Positions 30,159 through 34,087 of a DNA stretch of 34,087 nt are shown here, one piece after another. The translations under genes and the position numbers were made by a program. Where the stretch lies: the sequence record SRR31156797_4600. One strand, given 5' to 3'. The notes beneath the pieces were generated by a model that had not been told where the DNA came from, made no database searches, and worked only from the letters and a program-made list of their open reading frames with translations. Position 1 is the first letter of the stretch. Every line of letters starts with the position of its first letter.

Positions 30159-32483
30159 TTAGGCGTTGAGTTGTTGTTTGATCATTTCAATAGAGAGAAG
30201 TATTTCATCGTTTGTGGCTGGCAGATTAAATTCCGGCTCAAATTTGTGGCCTCCGGTAGCGCTTATGGCATCTTTAATGGCCAGCCAAACCGAGAAAGCC
30301 AGCATAAAAGGTGGCTCACCAACAGCTTTACTGTTGTGAATCGTATTGGGGTTGGGTATGTTTTCAAGAATTTCAATGTTAAAAATTTCTGGAATATCTC
30401 GAACTCCGGGTATTTTATATGTGTCGGGAGAGTGTGTAAGTAGGTTTCCTTTGCTGTCCCATTTGATTTGTTCAGTGGTACACCAGCCCACGCCCTGAAT
30501 AAATCCACCTTCAATTTGTCCACGGTCCATTCGTTGGTTTATCGAATTTCCCACATCATGAACGATGTAGGTTTTCGTGATCTTATGGTTGCCGGTTAAA
30601 GTATCAAGTAAAACCGCTGAAACTGCCATACCATAGGCGAAATAATGGAAAGGCTTACCCTTCCCTTTTTCCTTATCGAAAAACAGGCCCGGTGTTTTGT
30701 AATATCCCGTTGCACTTAAACTGATTTGCGAAAAGTAGGCGCTATTTATCAAATCCACAAACCCGATGGATTGTTGTGGTTGCTCTACATTAAAAACATG
30801 ATTTCCCCCAAACGAAATTTTCCCTGTCGGAATTTCAGTTTTATATTTTTCGGTCAACAGTTTTTCCGCAACCGGCAGTAATCTTTCTTTTATTTTATCT
30901 ATGGCATTTTTAACGGCCATACCGTTCAGGTCACTTCCTGAAGAGGCAGCAGTAGCGGAGGTGTTCGGTACTTTTGAAGTATTGGTGGCTGTTACAATAA
31001 TTTGATCGTGGTCAATACCCAGCTCTCTTGTTGCAATGTCAAGGATTTTGGTATGAAGCCCCTGGCCCATTTCTGTGCCACCGTGATTTACCTGTACGGT
31101 GCCATCCTTGTAAATATGCACCAGCGCGCCTGCCTGGTTCAGGAAACTCGTTGTGAACGAAATACCAAATTTTACCGGTGAAAGTGCCAGTCCTTTTTTA
31201 TAAAATTCATGGTGTTGGTTGAATGTATCCACTTGTTGGCGGAGCGTTTGATAATCCGAGTTTTTGATTATTCTTTCGTATAGCAGCTTTAACCTGATGT
31301 CAGTCAGCTTTTGATCGTAATGTGTGACTACTCCGGTAGATTCGTCGTAAAAGTTTTTCAGGCGGACTTCAGTGGCATCTTTTTGGAGCTGTCTTGCTAT
31401 TCTATCGATCACGGTTTCTACAACGGCCATACCCTGTGGCCCGCCAAACCCCCGAAATGCTGTGTTTGGTGGAAGGTTGGTTTTCCATATCCGGCCGGTA
31501 ACCCTTAAGTTGGGGATGAAATACGCATTATCCACATGAAACATGGCGCGTTCAAGAATGGCTCCGGAAAGGTCAAGGCTGGCCCCACCATCCGAATTCA
31601 TTTCCACATCCAGGGCATGAATTTTTCCCTCGGCATCAAAAGCTGCCTTATAATTGGATTTGAAACGGTGTCGTTTCCCGGTCATGATCTGGTCGTCATC
31701 CCTGAAAAGATGAATTTTTACAGGGCGGTTTGTTTCACTTGCGAGCAAGGCACTCCAGGCAGCCACATGATTGGCCTGTGTTTCCTTACCTCCGAAAGCC
31801 CCGCCCATTCGCCTGGTTTCAACAGTAATTTTGTTTGCTGAAATGCCAAGCACTTCCGCAATCACTGCCTGTGTTTCTGAAGGGTGTTGGGTTGAACTGT
31901 GTACCAGGAATTCTCCCGCCTCCTGTGGAATGCAAATACACGACTGTGTTTCGAGGTACCAGTGTTCCTGTGCGCCGGTCGCAAGCGTTCCTGAAATAAC
32001 GCTTAGCCCTTTCTCAAAAACGAAATCAACATTTCCCGTTTCAATTTTCTTTTGAGATGACATTGATTTATCGTGTTCGATGGCAGCATCAATGTCTAAA
32101 ATGGCCTCAAGTGGCTCAAATTCAATCTCTACAAGGTTGGCGGCATTACGGGCAATTTCATCACTTTTTGCAGCTATAAGCAGGATTGCCTGTCCGGCGA
32201 ACTCAACCGTTTTTCCTGCCAGGCATGGTTCATCGTGAACAATTGGCCCCATCTGGTTCTCTCCGGGAATATCATTTGCAGTAATAATTGCAGATACTCC
32301 TGACAGGTTCATGGCTTTTTCAAAGTTGATGCTTTTAATATTGGCATGTGCGTACGGGCTGTATACTACGAGTCCATGCAGCAGGTTATTACCAAAATCC
32401 ATGTCGTTCACATACACCGATTCACCAGTAACATGTTGTACAGCGCTATAGTGTCCATGGAATTCCTTTTTAATTCCCTTCAT
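30159..32483 (-). CDS. xdhB: Xanthine dehydrogenase molybdopterin-binding subunit
   Basis: QEHWYLE, RRMGGAFGGKE, LERAMFH, TAFRGFGGPQG, GGTEMGQGL, SATAAS, SKAVGEPP; start placed at ATG 32483 (32525 is an alternative), overlapping the xdhA stop. Confidence 0.93.
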   Translation of the reverse strand: MKGIKKEFHGHYSAVQHVTGESVYVNDMDFGNNLLHGLVVYSPYAHANIKSINFEKAMNLSGVSAIITANDIPGENQMGPIVHDEPCLAGKTVEFAGQAILLIAAKSDEIARNAANLVEIEFEPLEAILDIDAAIEHDKSMSSQKKIETGNVDFVFEKGLSVISGTLATGAQEHWYLETQSCICIPQEAGEFLVHSSTQHPSETQAVIAEVLGISANKITVETRRMGGAFGGKETQANHVAAWSALLASETNRPVKIHLFRDDDQIMTGKRHRFKSNYKAAFDAEGKIHALDVEMNSDGGASLDLSGAILERAMFHVDNAYFIPNLRVTGRIWKTNLPPNTAFRGFGGPQGMAVVETVIDRIARQLQKDATEVRLKNFYDESTGVVTHYDQKLTDIRLKLLYERIIKNSDYQTLRQQVDTFNQHHEFYKKGLALSPVKFGISFTTSFLNQAGALVHIYKDGTVQVNHGGTEMGQGLHTKILDIATRELGIDHDQIIVTATNTSKVPNTSATAASSGSDLNGMAVKNAIDKIKERLLPVAEKLLTEKYKTEIPTGKISFGGNHVFNVEQPQQSIGFVDLINSAYFSQISLSATGYYKTPGLFFDKEKGKGKPFHYFAYGMAVSAVLLDTLTGNHKITKTYIVHDVGNSINQRMDRGQIEGGFIQGVGWCTTEQIKWDSKGNLLTHSPDTYKIPGVRDIPEIFNIEILENIPNPNTIHNSKAVGEPPFMLAFSVWLAIKDAISATGGHKFEPEFNLPATNDEILLSIEMIKQQLNA

Positions 32484-33966
32484 GGTTGGCTGGTTTTGAA
32501 TATAGACTTTGTCCTTGAGTTTCATTCCAGAATTTCAGAAGCAGGTTTCTTGCCATGAGTTTTCTTGCTTCTGCAGTTGAACGGGCGTCAGTAATTGGCG
32601 TGAATTCATCGAGTAGGATTTTAGCAGCAGCCTGGATAGTATCCCGCGACCAGGATTTTCCTATTAAAAAATCTTCGGTTTGTTTTGCACGGACCGTTGT
32701 GGCTGCAACACCGCCAAATGCAAACAGAACTTGGCTAATATTTCCGGTGTTTTCCATGCTTAGCCTGAAACAGGCCGATACTGAAGAAATGTCGAGATCC
32801 ACCCTTTTTGATATTTTGTAACTTTTAATGATCTCATTTTTTTTGGGTTTTTTAAACGAGATCATCACGATAATTTCATCCGGTTCAATAGCAGTTTTGC
32901 GATAACCGGAAATGAATTTTTCAATGTGAATGTCTCTTCTTTTGTTTACGCCCATCAGCCTTATTTCACATTGCAGCGCCATCAAAACGGGAATCAGGTC
33001 ACCAATGGGCGATGCAGTGCCAATATTTCCGCCAATTGTAGCCATGTTCCTGATTTGCAGTGATCCGAAAACCCGAAGCATGTTTCCCAGGTATGGGAGA
33101 TTTTCGGTGGTATACTGATGTATTTCTTCAAGAGAAGTTCCTGATCCAAGGGCAATGCGGCTATGATCTTCTACAATAAAATTCAATTCATCCACACCTG
33201 ACAGGTCAAGAATTTTATTCAGATGGGTCCTTTTTTTTGTTTGTATGAGAGCAGTGTCTGTTGAGCCTGCTATCATTGTTGCATCAGGATGTTCCTTTCT
33301 GGCCTTTATAGCCTGGTCGATTGTAAAAGGCTTGATGTATCGTTGTCCTGGTTTTATAATATCAATTAGGTTTGTATCTTCATTAATTTGCCTGAGGAGA
33401 TCAGCTACCTTTTTTTCATTGTTGGAGAATTGATCTGGTTGCTTATCTGCAAATAAACTTGTGGCTGCATCGACAATGGGCCGGTATCCGGTACATCTGC
33501 ACAAATTTCCTGTTAGTGCATCGGTGATAGTTTCTTTCGATGGCTTATCATGGTTTTTATACAAGGCAAACAACGACATTACGATACCCGGAGTGCAATA
33601 CCCGCATTGACTAGCATCGTTGTCAATCATTGATTTTTGAACAGGATGTAACCAAATCTGATTATTATTTTTCCTGGCCAGGTTTTCAACCGTGATAAGT
33701 TGTGTACCGTGGATCATCGGCAGGAAAACAAGGCATGAATCAATGCTTTTATATTCAAGATTACCTCTGTTATCAAGTGATGCAACAACAACTGTACACG
33801 CTCCACAATCACCTTCGGCGCAGCCCTCTTTTACGCCTTTGTGGCCGGGAAGCGAACGGAGATAGTTTAAAACGGTTGTGGTAGGGTTAAAACTGGTTCT
33901 GTCGAAATCCACGATTTTGATTTCTCCATCAAGAATAAACTTTATGGTTGATGGGTAAACTTTCAT
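32470..33966 (-). CDS. xdhA: Xanthine dehydrogenase small subunit (2x[2Fe-2S] + FAD)
   Basis: GCAEGDCGAC, QCGYCTPG, GNLCRCTGY, AGSTD, IRNMATIGGNIGTASPIGD, YKISKR..DIS. Confidence 0.95.
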   Translation of the reverse strand: MKVYPSTIKFILDGEIKIVDFDRTSFNPTTTVLNYLRSLPGHKGVKEGCAEGDCGACTVVVASLDNRGNLEYKSIDSCLVFLPMIHGTQLITVENLARKNNNQIWLHPVQKSMIDNDASQCGYCTPGIVMSLFALYKNHDKPSKETITDALTGNLCRCTGYRPIVDAATSLFADKQPDQFSNNEKKVADLLRQINEDTNLIDIIKPGQRYIKPFTIDQAIKARKEHPDATMIAGSTDTALIQTKKRTHLNKILDLSGVDELNFIVEDHSRIALGSGTSLEEIHQYTTENLPYLGNMLRVFGSLQIRNMATIGGNIGTASPIGDLIPVLMALQCEIRLMGVNKRRDIHIEKFISGYRKTAIEPDEIIVMISFKKPKKNEIIKSYKISKRVDLDISSVSACFRLSMENTGNISQVLFAFGGVAATTVRAKQTEDFLIGKSWSRDTIQAAAKILLDEFTPITDARSTAEARKLMARNLLLKFWNETQGQSLYSKPANHEGN

Positions 33967-33990
33967 TGATCATTTTTTGAATGTAATAAG

Positions 33991-33998
33991 CAAAGATA
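33991..33998 (-). promoter_or_regulatory. Putative sigma-A -7 element for xdhAB
   Basis: Minus strand TATCTTTG(C), 24 nt before the xdhA ATG. Confidence 0.65.
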
Positions 33999-34030
33999 GC
34001 TAATATCAGTATTTAGTCTTTGCAAGAAAA

Positions 34031-34087
34031 CACCAAATACTGCGTTACGCTCGTTTAGAAAACAGTCGATTACAAAAGTAAACTCCT
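34031..34087 (+). ncRNA. Flavo-1-like structured RNA / dispersed repeat, 5' part (truncated by window end)
   Basis: AAATACTGCGTTACGCTCGTTT...TTAC-aaaa-GTAAACTCC resembles my recollection of the Bacteroidota Flavo-1 pattern (CTGCGTT...TTAC/GTAAACTC hairpin); the 3' arm is not visible. Confidence 0.5.

Noticed and set aside
32484-32525. 56-nt xdhA/xdhB overlap suggesting a frameshifted fusion
   Set aside because: ATG 32483 gives an ordinary 14-nt overlap, and two-subunit XdhAB is the standard bacterial layout

Overview
This is a Bacteroidota (probably Bacteroidales-like) chromosomal window. The assignment is inferred from gene order, scarce Shine-Dalgarno sites and TAnnTTTG -7 promoter boxes. 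Bases 1-12.7 kb hold the contiguous S10-spc-alpha superoperon (3' end of rplB to rplQ, with secY, map, infA, rpoA), ending in an L17 with a long repetitive acidic/basic tail. Enolase and a secreted hypothetical protein follow. The accessory half contains: (i) a 1013-aa helical protein with a degenerate P-loop NTPase and probable winged helix, overlapping an MscS-family channel gene by TAATG; (ii) a 171-aa PPP-ending protein, probably near-leaderless, ahead of a TonB-dependent receptor; (iii) a minus-strand run of xdhA-xdhB, a DMT transporter, an orphan TPR histidine kinase, a HAD phosphatase and a large secreted (alpha/alpha)6 glycoside hydrolase; (iv) a truncated Flavo-1-like structured element at the right edge. 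The best candidates for an undescribed system are the pseudo-NTPase/MscS pair and the PPP leader/TonB receptor pair. All family calls come from motif recognition by eye; no searches were run.
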